Shown: positions 1 to 9,302 of the stretch, piece after piece | Layout of the letters: every line of letters starts with the position of its first letter | Numbering within the stretch: position 1 is the first letter of the stretch | Virus record (IMG/VR): IMGVR_UViG_3300028883_000032 | Location: 62,001 to 126,000 of that record | Reading direction: 5' to 3' (one strand) | Length of the DNA: 64,000 bases | Made by a program: the position numbers and the translations under genes | Notes under the pieces: generated by a model | Database searches by the model: none | Told to the model about the DNA's origin: nothing | What the model saw: the letters and a program-made list of their open reading frames with translations, nothing else

Positions 1-1
1 C

Positions 2-805
2 GTATTTCCAGCATTTGTACAACCAAAGCTAGATGGAGTTCGTTGCCTTTCTTTTTGCGATAAAAACAACAAAATAAAGTTGTTATCGAGGAAAGTAAAG
101 GACTACACAAGTATTGTTGGACGAAACGAATTCATCATCAATTCTCTTACTAAATTGATGTCACCGGGAGATGTGTTAGATGGTGAATTGTATGTCCATG
201 GGTGGAGTTTGCAACGCATAAACTCTGCCGTAAAAAAGTATCGAGATGATACGCTGTTGCTGCAATATTGGGTATACGACTTTCCCAGTATTGCCGATAC
301 TTTCGAAAGTCGGATAAATCGTTTAAAAGAAGTGTTTGGGAATACACGGCATCCTCAAATAGTATTGACGGAAACTGAACCAATCGATTCTGAACAAACG
401 ATGGTTGAGTACCATAAGCGCTTTGTAAATAGAGGTTTTGAGGGTGCTATAATTCGCAATTCAAGTGGGTTATACTCTTGGGGAAACAGGAGTAATGATC
501 TGCAAAAGTACAAGCATTTTAAAGACGACGAATTCAAAATTGTAGGGAGTTATAGTGAACAACAACAAACAAACGGAAAAGAATATACCTGCATCGTATT
601 CATCTGTGAAACCGATGATGGCACAACTTTTCACTGTCGCCCAAAAGGGACTCTCGAAGATCGCCAGCAAGCTTGGGGAAATCGAGAAAAGTTCATTGGA
701 AAGTATCTCACAGTCCGATACTTCACCCTCACAGATTCAGATCAAGGAAGCGGAAGAGGCGTTCCCCAGTTCCCTGTCGGAATCACCGTCAGAGATTATG
801 AATGA
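2..805 (+). CDS. ATP-dependent DNA ligase (5' end outside window)
   Basis: Frame open from base 2: VQPKLDGVRC (KxDG adenylation motif), LDGELY, YDFP, FEGAIIR, RSNDLQKYK, C-terminal OB fold (GKYLTVRYF...PQFPV). Confidence 0.92.
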   Translation, partial: VFPAFVQPKLDGVRCLSFCDKNNKIKLLSRKVKDYTSIVGRNEFIINSLTKLMSPGDVLDGELYVHGWSLQRINSAVKKYRDDTLLLQYWVYDFPSIADTFESRINRLKEVFGNTRHPQIVLTETEPIDSEQTMVEYHKRFVNRGFEGAIIRNSSGLYSWGNRSNDLQKYKHFKDDEFKIVGSYSEQQQTNGKEYTCIVFICETDDGTTFHCRPKGTLEDRQQAWGNREKFIGKYLTVRYFTLTDSDQGSGRGVPQFPVGITVRDYE

Positions 806-861
806 CAGTGAACCCGAAATTGGACTAATGCATGGAAGGCCTGTAAGTGATGATTTGATCG

Positions 862-1308
862 TTGCAAAGACCGAACGATATGTTAGTAAACATTGAGCCG
901 CATGACGCGGTAAAAGTGCAGGCTTTTCTTACTCTGGATATTTTGGGAATCCCCGTAAGTGACACGGGGATTCTCTATCCAGAAGTTTTAGATAAGTGGC
1001 CAAACCTAAAAGAAGTATGGGAGGGCCTGTTAAAAAGTCACCGACAGATAGATCTAACAGGGAAAGTACTGTTAGTAAATGGTTTAAACAATTCTACAAA
1101 ATTTAAGGTTGCCTTTATATTTACTCATAAAGGCAACAGCCCAAAGAAAGAGTGGTTAGAAAGCGCCCTAACCAAACTTCTTAAAAGGGCAGAAGAACTT
1201 GACATGGACATTCATATGCCTTATATTGAGGAAGCGCTGTGGTTTTTAAAGGGGTATGAATCTCCAATAAGTTTTGTCATGTACAAACCGGAGAACAAGG
1301 ATGAGTAA
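862..1308 (+). CDS. Macro-domain-like protein, degenerate (likely start 880)
   Basis: LESALTKLLKRAEELDMDIHMPYI resembles the macrodomain C-terminal helix/HMPRIG strand; the GCG loop is missing. Confidence 0.45.
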   Translation: MQRPNDMLVNIEPHDAVKVQAFLTLDILGIPVSDTGILYPEVLDKWPNLKEVWEGLLKSHRQIDLTGKVLLVNGLNNSTKFKVAFIFTHKGNSPKKEWLESALTKLLKRAEELDMDIHMPYIEEALWFLKGYESPISFVMYKPENKDE

Positions 1309-1720
1309 TTTCTTACTTATTAAGTACCGTCATGGAATTAATCATGGCGACGAATCAGTGGAACATGGAGTTGTGGGTATTCCCGCGGGAAGTCACATTT
1401 CTGGATCAAAGGCTTTTCAAGAAACAAGCCCACACAATAAGCTGTATGGCGCAATTTATGATGTAAACCAAAGAGCCATTGTCAGCTTGTTTACCAGTTT
1501 AGGAAACCCATATTTTACCGATGAGAGGGGAACTTTTAGACCCGATACTCGTGTACCTGGTGAAAATTGGGGAAGGCGGATTAATGTAATGATTCATAAA
1601 ACCAATAGAATCGTACCCCGCAATCAGTTTATAGAGTGGGGAGGAACCATTACAAAAGGTTCCGCAAATTACATGACGGAAGTTATGTGGAACAGGCTTC
1701 GCGACCACATGACGGCATAA
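1274..1720 (+). CDS. hypothetical protein
   Basis: ORF in the + strand operon, overlapping its neighbour. Confidence 0.6.
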   Translation: MSCTNRRTRMSNFLLIKYRHGINHGDESVEHGVVGIPAGSHISGSKAFQETSPHNKLYGAIYDVNQRAIVSLFTSLGNPYFTDERGTFRPDTRVPGENWGRRINVMIHKTNRIVPRNQFIEWGGTITKGSANYMTEVMWNRLRDHMTA

Positions 1721-1842
1721 TGCAGGCTTTTTATCGTCACCCTAGCTTTAACAAGTCTGCGGGGATTATTGATTTCCGCGGACTTGGTAAGCAGCGGGTA
1801 GGGCCTTACCAAATTTTAAACATGTTGTAAAATGGGAGAAGT

Positions 1843-2001
1843 ATGGTTATAGATGTAGAGAGATTAAAAAGAGAGATGGCGGAGGAAGCGAAACAACTTG
1901 AAAACTTTACTAGCCATTCTCTAGGCTACCCAGCATTTATTTTAAGACAGGCTTTAGAGTACATAACAATACTAGAGACAAAATTACAAAAGGACAGTTA
2001 G
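1843..2001 (+). CDS. small hypothetical protein (52 aa, not in ORF track)
   Basis: GGGAG SD then ATG; MVIDVERLKREMAEEAKQLENFTSHSLGYPAFILRQALEYITILETKLQKDS. Confidence 0.55.
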   Translation: MVIDVERLKREMAEEAKQLENFTSHSLGYPAFILRQALEYITILETKLQKDS

Positions 2002-2077
2002 AGTAACTTGGCCTATTACTGGCCTGTTGATTGGGCCATTCAGGAAGGTTGGCAGAGTGGTTTATTGCATCGGTCTT

Positions 2078-2744
2078 GAAAAACCACTTGATTTTTATAC
2101 CGCTGGTTGTTATATTATATAAACAACCAAGAGTATATTATGCACACTTGTAAACACTGCAAAAAAGAACTGGCTAACCCAAAACATCAGTACTGTTCTA
2201 ACCAATGTCAAGCTAATTATTTACGACAACGTAAAGTCGCCGCTTGGTTACGTGGGGAACATAATGGAATGAGGGGAAAAACTGGTACTGCTAAATGGAT
2301 TAAATGGTATTTGATTAATAAGTTTGGGGAAAAGTGTAGTAATTGTGGTTGGTCTGAAATAAACCCATTTACTGGCAACATACCTATTGAACTTAATCAT
2401 ATTGATGGGGATTTTACCAATAATAACGAAGCCAATTTAGAGCTTTTATGTCCCAACTGCCATTCACTAACTAACAGTTACAAGGGTGCAAACAAGAAAA
2501 AAGGCAGGCCTAGATCAAAGTATTACCGAGGTCTGTAAAATCGAGCAATACTAAAGAAATTTATTATTGCACTAGCCCTCAAATTCAGGGAAACCTCAGC
2601 ATGTAGAGATGGTGGTAATCCTGAGCTAAACCTATATGTAGGAAAGTGCAGAGACTTGACGGGGGCGGCCTAAGTTTAACAAATAAGGCAGAGAGAAAGT
2701 CCAGACCACAAACTAAACAGGCAGTGAAAACTGTAGATGGTAAG
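2078..2744 (+). mobile_element. Group I (IC3-like) self-splicing intron with homing endonuclease ORF
   Basis: Core elements AAATTCAGGGAAACC (2581), AATCCTGAGC (2617), GTGCAGAGACT (2646), GAGAGAAAGTCC (2691); P9 CAGT-GAAA-ACTG; follows a U and ends in G. Confidence 0.92.
2140..2538 (+). CDS. Intron-encoded HNH homing endonuclease with N-terminal zinc finger
   Basis: CKHC..YCSNQC, CSNC..ELNHIDGDFTNNNEANLELLCPNCHS (HNH motif). Confidence 0.9.
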   Translation: MHTCKHCKKELANPKHQYCSNQCQANYLRQRKVAAWLRGEHNGMRGKTGTAKWIKWYLINKFGEKCSNCGWSEINPFTGNIPIELNHIDGDFTNNNEANLELLCPNCHSLTNSYKGANKKKGRPRSKYYRGL

Positions 2745-2830
2745 GAAAACCGACGAGGCCTAAAAACCTCCCAGGGTTCGAATCCCTGACCTTCCTCCAC
2801 AAAACGACAAAATAAGAATCGGAGAGACAG

Positions 2831-3127
2831 ATGAAATTAGTAATTGGAAAAATTATTGACTATTCCGCCAAATTTTCTGATGGCAGCAGCATTAGCGGGC
2901 AGGTTATAGTACCCACTAATGATTCCTATCCAACGTATTACGAGAGAGTACTTGAGATTTTGAGAACCGGTAAATGCGGAGCAAAAATGGATGACATAAA
3001 CACATTACAAGTGGGTTACAGGAAATATACTGAATTTGCTATACACCCAAGTGTGTTTGATACACTGCCTTCTGCTTTACCAAAGACTAGAAAACATAAA
3101 GAATGTTCGGCTGATGGCCATGTTTAG
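2831..3127 (+). CDS. hypothetical protein
   Basis: GGAGAG SD, ORF in operon. Confidence 0.6.
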   Translation: MKLVIGKIIDYSAKFSDGSSISGQVIVPTNDSYPTYYERVLEILRTGKCGAKMDDINTLQVGYRKYTEFAIHPSVFDTLPSALPKTRKHKECSADGHV

Positions 3128-3797
3128 AAAATATGAAAAAACATTTAGATTGCCATCCGTTTTATTCGAGACTGGAAAGCGCGAATTATCTTCGGCTGAT
3201 CAGAAAAAACTACTTAATGGAAAAATTACTGTAGAAGAAAAAATTGATGGGGCTAATGTCGGAATAATAGGAACAAAGCCTGGAGAAGTATTTCGTACGC
3301 AAAAGCGGGGTTCTTTGGTGGGACCATCCGAACATGAGCAATTTAACAGATTTAAAGCTTGGACTGTGGGTCACGCAGATGACTTTAATAGTTTGCCAAA
3401 AGGAATTATAATTTATGGCGAATTTATGTGGGCGACACACCACATATTTTATAATAGCTTACCAGATTGGTTTATATGTTTTGATATCTGGGACAACTGT
3501 GAATATGTCTCACGTTTAGAGAAAGAAGAATGGTGCCAACAGTTAAATCTACAGTGTGTTCCCTTGATTTATGAAGGACCCGTTGCTTCAATAACCGAGT
3601 TGTTAGATTTGTTACCTGGAAAATCCGAATACAGCTCTGACCAAGAAAAAGAGGGCATAGTTGTAAAAAACTATAAAAAACAAATGCGTGCAAAACTTGT
3701 TAGGCCTAATTTCATAAAAGAGGTTAATGAAGATGGCACACATTGGATGACTAAATGGGATCCTAGAAAAGTTAATAAACTGCAAATGGGAGAATAA
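3114..3797 (+). CDS. RNA ligase (Rnl2-like nucleotidyltransferase)
   Basis: EEKIDGAN, YGEF, FDIW, EGIVVK, RAKLV motifs; no OB fold. Confidence 0.85.
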   Translation: MAMFRKYEKTFRLPSVLFETGKRELSSADQKKLLNGKITVEEKIDGANVGIIGTKPGEVFRTQKRGSLVGPSEHEQFNRFKAWTVGHADDFNSLPKGIIIYGEFMWATHHIFYNSLPDWFICFDIWDNCEYVSRLEKEEWCQQLNLQCVPLIYEGPVASITELLDLLPGKSEYSSDQEKEGIVVKNYKKQMRAKLVRPNFIKEVNEDGTHWMTKWDPRKVNKLQMGE

Positions 3798-4204
3798 TGA
3801 AAGTATTTTTGGGCGGTACCTGCGCCGGTAGTAAGTGGCGAGAAGAATTGATTCCTAAGCTAAAGTTGGACTACTTCAATCCAGTTGTTGATGATTGGGA
3901 TGAAATGGCATATATGCAAGAATTGTATGAGCGCGAACATTGTGATTTCGTGCTATACACAATAACTCCAGAAATGCAAGGGGTCTATTCTATCGCGGAA
4001 GTAGTTGACGATTCCAACAAAAGACCACATAAAACAATTCTTTGTATTTTGGGATCAAAGGAAGATTTTGACAATTCACACTTTAACTCATTGTATAAAG
4101 CTCTAACCAAAGTAGGTTTAATGGTTAGAAAAAATGGCGGTAAGTGCTTTGATTCTTTAACAAATGTGGCCCTATACTTAAATAGAATGAATAGGCAGCC
4201 ATAG
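3797..4204 (+). CDS. Nucleoside 2-deoxyribosyltransferase-like protein
   Basis: KVFLGGT..WRE..YFNPVVDDW..E.YEREHCD pattern. Confidence 0.75.
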   Translation: MKVFLGGTCAGSKWREELIPKLKLDYFNPVVDDWDEMAYMQELYEREHCDFVLYTITPEMQGVYSIAEVVDDSNKRPHKTILCILGSKEDFDNSHFNSLYKALTKVGLMVRKNGGKCFDSLTNVALYLNRMNRQP

Positions 4205-4218
4205 GGGTATAAGTAAGA

Positions 4219-4428
4219 ATGGTAAAATACAGGTTATGCCATCTGCAAAAAGGTCATGTGCATACAGTAAGTTACATCCCACAACCTTATGCAGTAGTTG
4301 GTAAAATATTATCTTTAAAGAAAGATCCCGGTTGGGAAGTGATGTCTGCAGGGAACCTTGTTAACCACGATGAAGTAATGGTCCAAAGAGATCTTTATCG
4401 GCATCACAGAGACATAACGGATGTTTAG
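4219..4428 (+). CDS. hypothetical protein
   Basis: 69 aa ORF filling the gap before tRNA-Cys. Confidence 0.6.
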   Translation: MVKYRLCHLQKGHVHTVSYIPQPYAVVGKILSLKKDPGWEVMSAGNLVNHDEVMVQRDLYRHHRDITDV

Positions 4429-4503
4429 GCTGGCGTAGCTAAGTTGGTTAAGGCGTCGGTCTGCAAAACCGTTCAATCGTGGGTTCGAATCCCACCGCTA
4501 GCT
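4429..4503 (+). tRNA. tRNA-Cys(GCA), CCA not encoded
   Basis: GCTGGCG/CGCTAGC acceptor, loop CT-GCA-AA, GTGGG-TTCGAAT-CCCAC T arm, U73 discriminator. Confidence 0.92.
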
Positions 4504-4524
4504 CTTTTAACAGGATAATAAAAA

Positions 4525-4809
4525 ATGGAACTTTTACATTTATCTGATGGTAAAACACTTGTTGTAAAACAAGTATTAAAACATGGTCCTCCTGAAGGAT
4601 TTGAGTATAATTTAGACTACCTAACACGTTCCGGCTACGAAGTTATTAAAATGCCTAATGGAATTGAAGTGATTGGAGAAATGGTAATAGATGCAAAATT
4701 TAAGGAACTTGATAATAGGAGATATTCACGGACGTTACGACTTAATGATGGACGTACTAAAACGTTGCCACTACGACCCTACGAAGGACCGTCTGATATG
4801 TCTTGGTGA
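4525..4809 (+). CDS. hypothetical protein (3' end overlaps phosphatase)
   Basis: AGGA SD; 119 nt overlap with next gene. Confidence 0.5.
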   Translation: MELLHLSDGKTLVVKQVLKHGPPEGFEYNLDYLTRSGYEVIKMPNGIEVIGEMVIDAKFKELDNRRYSRTLRLNDGRTKTLPLRPYEGPSDMSW

Positions 4810-5452
4810 CTTTGTAGATGGCTCCGAGAGAGTGAAAGATTGTTTAGAGTATCTATCGGAACAACCGAACATAGAACCAATATTTGGTAATCATGATAAA
4901 TGGTTCTTGGATTGGGTTCAAACGGGAGAAGACCCTGACCCGTGGTGGTTATATAACGGAGGTCCTGTAACTCTCAAAAGCTATAATTACTATGCAGGTA
5001 ATGCAAGATCAGAACAAGCGAAATATGAGTGCGCAATGCTTAGGTATTGTCCAGACTCCCGAATACCTAGAAAACATGTTGAATTTATTCGAAATGCCCG
5101 TTTATACTATGAAACAGATAATTGGGTTGCTATGCATGGAGGGTTTAGGCCCGAAGTGGGGTTCAAGAAAGAGAATCCTGAAAACATAATGTGGGACCGT
5201 GATCTATTTTATCAGCATTGGCAAAAATTGCCAAAAGATCACAAATTAGTAATCGTAGGCCATACGCCCACGATGGCTGTTACTGGAATTCCAGAACCTA
5301 TATTTAGATATAAGACATTTGGCAAAGACAAAAAGCTTATGTTAATAAATATAGACACTGGTGGAAAAATTGGGAGTGCTTTGTGTGTACTTAATCCAGA
5401 CACACTAGAATGGTGGACTAGTAAAAAAGAGACAAATCCGAAAAACTGGTAA
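4691..5452 (+). CDS. Calcineurin-like metallophosphoesterase (Ser/Thr phosphatase family)
   Basis: GDIHG, GDFVDG, GNHD, HGG, GHTP, DTG motifs. Confidence 0.92.
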   Translation: MQNLRNLIIGDIHGRYDLMMDVLKRCHYDPTKDRLICLGDFVDGSERVKDCLEYLSEQPNIEPIFGNHDKWFLDWVQTGEDPDPWWLYNGGPVTLKSYNYYAGNARSEQAKYECAMLRYCPDSRIPRKHVEFIRNARLYYETDNWVAMHGGFRPEVGFKKENPENIMWDRDLFYQHWQKLPKDHKLVIVGHTPTMAVTGIPEPIFRYKTFGKDKKLMLINIDTGGKIGSALCVLNPDTLEWWTSKKETNPKNW

Positions 5453-5464
5453 CCATAATTAGTA

Positions 5465-6268
5465 ATGGTCAATCGCTATTATACAGACATTAATGCTTAT
5501 GATTTGCTTGATCCCAAGCATGAAAGGATACTAGCAACTCGTGCATTACTTGGTGACGACGCTGCAAGAGATGAACTAATAACATCAAATTTAAGATTTG
5601 TTGTATCTGTAGCTAAACAATATGTTAACCAAGGAATACCGCTGGAAGACCTAATTTCCGAAGGAAATTTGGGGCTTATAACTGCGGTAGAAAAATATGA
5701 CCCGACTAAGAATTATAAGTTTATTACTTATGCTTCTTACTGGATTAGACAAAGTATAATGAAAGCGATAGCGGAGCAGAACCGCACAATTCGTATTCCT
5801 ACGAATAAAGTGGCCCAGCTCTCAAAAGTTCGACAAGCCGAAGATCAGTTAGAGATGCAACTTGAACGTAAGCCAACTTTGGAAGAAGTTCAAGAGCACT
5901 TAGGAGATGATTTCGACGTAGCCTCTGTGGTTGAATACCAAGACAGGCCATTGGGCCTTAATGGATCAACTAATGAAGAACAAGATCTCATCGAAATGAT
6001 ACCAGACCCCAATTCTGAAAATCCGGATGAGTCCCTTCGTGAAACCATGTTTAATGAAGAACTTGGCGAAATAATGAGGGATTGTACAGAAAGAGAAAAA
6101 GATATACTCTATCTGTACTACGGTTTAGGCACGGGTGATAAAATGACATTGGAACAAATTGGATACCTACACGGCATTTGTCGCGAGCGTGTTCGACAGA
6201 TAAAGGCTAAAACAATTGATTTCATAAAGTCACACCCAAATTTAGATACACTAAAGGAGTTTCTATAA
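5465..6268 (+). CDS. RNA polymerase sigma70-family factor lacking region 1.1
   Basis: NLRFVVSVAKQY, DLISEGNLGL, FITYASYWIRQ, RTIRIP, TLEQIG..RERVRQI. Confidence 0.95.
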   Translation: MVNRYYTDINAYDLLDPKHERILATRALLGDDAARDELITSNLRFVVSVAKQYVNQGIPLEDLISEGNLGLITAVEKYDPTKNYKFITYASYWIRQSIMKAIAEQNRTIRIPTNKVAQLSKVRQAEDQLEMQLERKPTLEEVQEHLGDDFDVASVVEYQDRPLGLNGSTNEEQDLIEMIPDPNSENPDESLRETMFNEELGEIMRDCTEREKDILYLYYGLGTGDKMTLEQIGYLHGICRERVRQIKAKTIDFIKSHPNLDTLKEFL

Positions 6269-6270
6269 CA

Positions 6271-6831
6271 ATGCGATATTTTCTGGCGGTGCTGTTAATA
6301 ATAGCATTTCCAGGGGTACTTCTAACCAACTCTTCTTCTGTCGAGGAAGAGTTGCGTTTTTTAAAAAATACACCTGACTTTGTAACAGAATCGTTAATAC
6401 CAGATCATATATTTGATTGTAGTGATGTTAGGGTAGTTGTAACAGCATATAACTCCCTAGAATCACAATGTGATGATACCCCGTTTATTACAGCAACGGG
6501 AGACTCAACAAAATGGGGCGGAATAGCTGTAAGCCGTCCACTATTAAAACGATGGCCTTATGGGTCTATTGTTATGATTGAAGGCTATAACCACCCTTTC
6601 GTCGTGTTTGACACGATGAACAAGAGATTTAGAGAGCCGCGGGTTGACATATGGCACGAGTCTTATGACTGGGCCATCTCCCAAGGGGTGCAAAGAAACA
6701 TTCGGGCAGTCAAAATTGGCCAAATCCCGAAAAACCAAATTAAGTATTTTGAGCCCTCAGCTTACAATACAAAAAACGTGGAATTATGTTACAACGATAG
6801 AAGACTTGAAAGAATGTATATTATTTTGTAG
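6271..6831 (+). CDS. 3D-domain (MltA-like) cell-wall hydrolase with signal peptide
   Basis: Hydrophobic N-terminus; VTAYNS..TPFITATG..IAVSR..DTMN..RVDIW. Confidence 0.85.
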   Translation: MRYFLAVLLIIAFPGVLLTNSSSVEEELRFLKNTPDFVTESLIPDHIFDCSDVRVVVTAYNSLESQCDDTPFITATGDSTKWGGIAVSRPLLKRWPYGSIVMIEGYNHPFVVFDTMNKRFREPRVDIWHESYDWAISQGVQRNIRAVKIGQIPKNQIKYFEPSAYNTKNVELCYNDRRLERMYIIL

Positions 6832-8584
6832 CAATGAATCCGCAATATCGTTTGACATTGAAACAAATTCACTGGACCCACGTTTAGGAGACATTTTGTC
6901 GATTCAAGTCGGTACTTATGATCGACAATATGTTATTAAAGTTCACAGTTTTACTAAAACCCAACTAAAACCCTTATTTAGAGTATTGGAAGATGAGGAT
7001 TACTTAATTTTAGGTCACAACTTAAAATTTGATTTCCAATGGATATATCACCATTATGGTGTAGTATTAAATAATGTTTATGACACTTATATTATTGAAG
7101 GCATACTTAACAAAGGAATGCACAACCACCGGTTAAACCTGAATGCCGTATTGGAGGTTTATGTACATGGGGTTGATCTTGACAAGGGAGAGCGCAAAAC
7201 CTTCGTAAACCGGTTACCATTCGAAGACTTTACTGAAAAGCAGATAGAGTATAGTGCCCTAGATGTTAAATTCCTATCAAAAATATATAAGGGTCAAATT
7301 AAATTAGCTCGTGAATATCAATGCGAGGCATTGGTGTGGTTGGAATGTGATGCTGTTATTCCAACGGCAATGATGGAATATAATGGGATTTATATAGATC
7401 AAAAGCATTGGCTTAGTTTGTCTAATGTGGCCCGCGAAGCGGCCGATAAAGCTAAAGAAGTATTGGACGAATATTTTAAAGATGTGAATTTGGGAAATCA
7501 GCTGAGCTTGTTTGATTACCCCATGATAAACTACGATTCTCCAGCACAAATGAAACGAGCTTTATCAGACTTACTTGAAAAAGACATAGAAAGTACTGGT
7601 AAAGAGGAACTTATGAAGTTGGACCATCCAGCAGCTAGGGCTCTTCTTGATTACAGAGAGCAGTCCAAATTAATAGCAGCGTTTGGTCCAGAGTACCTTC
7701 GTAAATATATACACCCGATTACAAATAGAATTCATTCTCAGATAGATCAACTAGGTGCAGATTCTGGAAGATTTTCTTGTCGCCGACCAAATTTAATGCA
7801 GATTCCTCACTTACAAATTTATAGGGAAGCCTTCTGCGTTGAAGATCCTATATTAAGGCGTATGATAGCAGCAGATTATTCTGGGTGTGAACTAAGGCTA
7901 ATTGCCGAATTAAGCGGTGAGGAAGAGTGGATATTTTGCCTCAAAAAGGGCTATGACATGCATAGCTATGTTGCCGCTTTGCTATTTGATCTTGACTATC
8001 ATAAAATAACAGAAAACAATAAAATAAAATCTGAATTTAAAGAGTTTCGTCTTAAGGCAAAAAGCATTAATTTCGGTGTAGCTTATGGCATGGGACCGGG
8101 ACGATTGGCAATAAGCTTAAAAATAAGCTTCGAAGAGGCGGCCGCACTGCTTGATAAATTCTGGGAGAAATTTCCAAAGATAAAACGACTTCTAGACAGA
8201 TTAGTAAGAGAGGGAATAAACAACGGATACGCACAATCTCCTCTAGACGGAAGACGGCGTTGGTTACTAGACTTCAATACTCGTGTTCCAAGAGAAAGAG
8301 CACACGCTGGCAATATTTGTAAAAACTTACCATTTCAAGGAGGTAACGCCAGCATTATTAAGCGTGCAATGTGTCTTATCCAAGATAAGTTTTTTGAACA
8401 TCCTGAATGGGAAGCAAAACTTTTATTGTGCGTACACGATGAAATTATTGCTACATGCAAAAAAGATAACAGTGAAACAGTAAAAGAAGTTATCGAGAAG
8501 TGCATGCTTGAAGCAGCATACTTGTTTGTAGACAAAGTACCGATGGAAGTAGATGTTGAATTAGGCAAGCATTGGATACACTAA
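6644..8584 (+). CDS. polA: Family A DNA polymerase with 3'-5' exonuclease (true start probably about 6750-6780)
   Basis: FDIET (Exo I), GHNLKFD, YSALDV, SGRFSCRRPNLMQIP, ADYSGCELR (motif A), KAKSINFGVAYG (B), VHDEI (C). Confidence 0.95.
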   Translation: MTYGTSLMTGPSPKGCKETFGQSKLAKSRKTKLSILSPQLTIQKTWNYVTTIEDLKECILFCSNESAISFDIETNSLDPRLGDILSIQVGTYDRQYVIKVHSFTKTQLKPLFRVLEDEDYLILGHNLKFDFQWIYHHYGVVLNNVYDTYIIEGILNKGMHNHRLNLNAVLEVYVHGVDLDKGERKTFVNRLPFEDFTEKQIEYSALDVKFLSKIYKGQIKLAREYQCEALVWLECDAVIPTAMMEYNGIYIDQKHWLSLSNVAREAADKAKEVLDEYFKDVNLGNQLSLFDYPMINYDSPAQMKRALSDLLEKDIESTGKEELMKLDHPAARALLDYREQSKLIAAFGPEYLRKYIHPITNRIHSQIDQLGADSGRFSCRRPNLMQIPHLQIYREAFCVEDPILRRMIAADYSGCELRLIAELSGEEEWIFCLKKGYDMHSYVAALLFDLDYHKITENNKIKSEFKEFRLKAKSINFGVAYGMGPGRLAISLKISFEEAAALLDKFWEKFPKIKRLLDRLVREGINNGYAQSPLDGRRRWLLDFNTRVPRERAHAGNICKNLPFQGGNASIIKRAMCLIQDKFFEHPEWEAKLLLCVHDEIIATCKKDNSETVKEVIEKCMLEAAYLFVDKVPMEVDVELGKHWIH

Positions 8585-8596
8585 CCAAGGATAATT

Positions 8597-9295
8597 ATGC
8601 CAAACAACGTACTAAATAAATTACGAATTGAGGGCCCAAAATTTCGAATTCAGGAAGTTTGGGATTTTTTACGTACCACGGACGACGACGGCGAAACTCA
8701 CCCAATTAGTTTCAATAAATTAGTCCCAATGCCAAAGTCTCTAAAATGTAAAGATGGAAGCTATGGGGATTTAGCCTATCGAGTATTATTTAAAGAATCC
8801 TTGCCGGGAGACATGTGGTTGGACGAGGATAATGAAGAAGAGGAAAAATTTTATTCCATGTCAAGGATGATAAGAAATGAGGCAACAATACTAGCACATC
8901 AATATCGAGAGAATATTTTAAAATACGGACATAAAACGTGGTATGGGTGGAGCATAACTAATTGGGGCACAAAGTGGGATGCCTATGACCAAATGTTAGA
9001 TGGCGATACGTTGATGTTTAATACGGCGTGGTCAGGAGTACCAAAAATAATAGAAAAGATATCTGAAAAATTTCCAGACTTAACACTTCACTACCAATTT
9101 GCGGATGAAGACATAGGATGTAATGTTGGAGATATGACTTTTTACGGAGGAAGATGTGTTGACGACACTTCACCGAAAAATCAAACAAAAGCTGCTTATG
9201 ACCTAGCTTTTGAACTAAGACCAGGGGCCAATAGCTATTACAGGCTTGTAAATGGTGAATGGAAATACGACGACGACTGGGAAATAAACCAATAA
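8597..9295 (+). CDS. DUF1281/YubB ferredoxin-like family protein
   Basis: MPNNV.N.L, SFNKLVPMP, WYGWSITNWGTKWDA, FNTAWS. Confidence 0.8.
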   Translation: MPNNVLNKLRIEGPKFRIQEVWDFLRTTDDDGETHPISFNKLVPMPKSLKCKDGSYGDLAYRVLFKESLPGDMWLDEDNEEEEKFYSMSRMIRNEATILAHQYRENILKYGHKTWYGWSITNWGTKWDAYDQMLDGDTLMFNTAWSGVPKIIEKISEKFPDLTLHYQFADEDIGCNVGDMTFYGGRCVDDTSPKNQTKAAYDLAFELRPGANSYYRLVNGEWKYDDDWEINQ

Positions 9296-9302
9296 ATCCG
9301 CA

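Larger units (their letters stand above)
2043..2799 (+). tRNA. tRNA-Ser(UGA) interrupted by a group I intron (exons 2043-2077 and 2745-2799)
   Basis: Acceptor GGAAGGT/ACCTTCC, D arm GCAG..TTGC, anticodon stem TCGGT/ACCGA with loop CTT|GAAA after splicing, long variable arm GAGG..CCTC, T arm CAGGG-TTCGAAT-CCCTG, encoded CCA. Confidence 0.93.

Noticed and set aside
2585-2800. 71-aa - strand ORF
   Set aside because: Shadow of the intron catalytic core and tRNA 3' exon
6644-8584. Intein or intron in DNA polymerase or terminase
   Set aside because: Motif spacing is normal with no insertion
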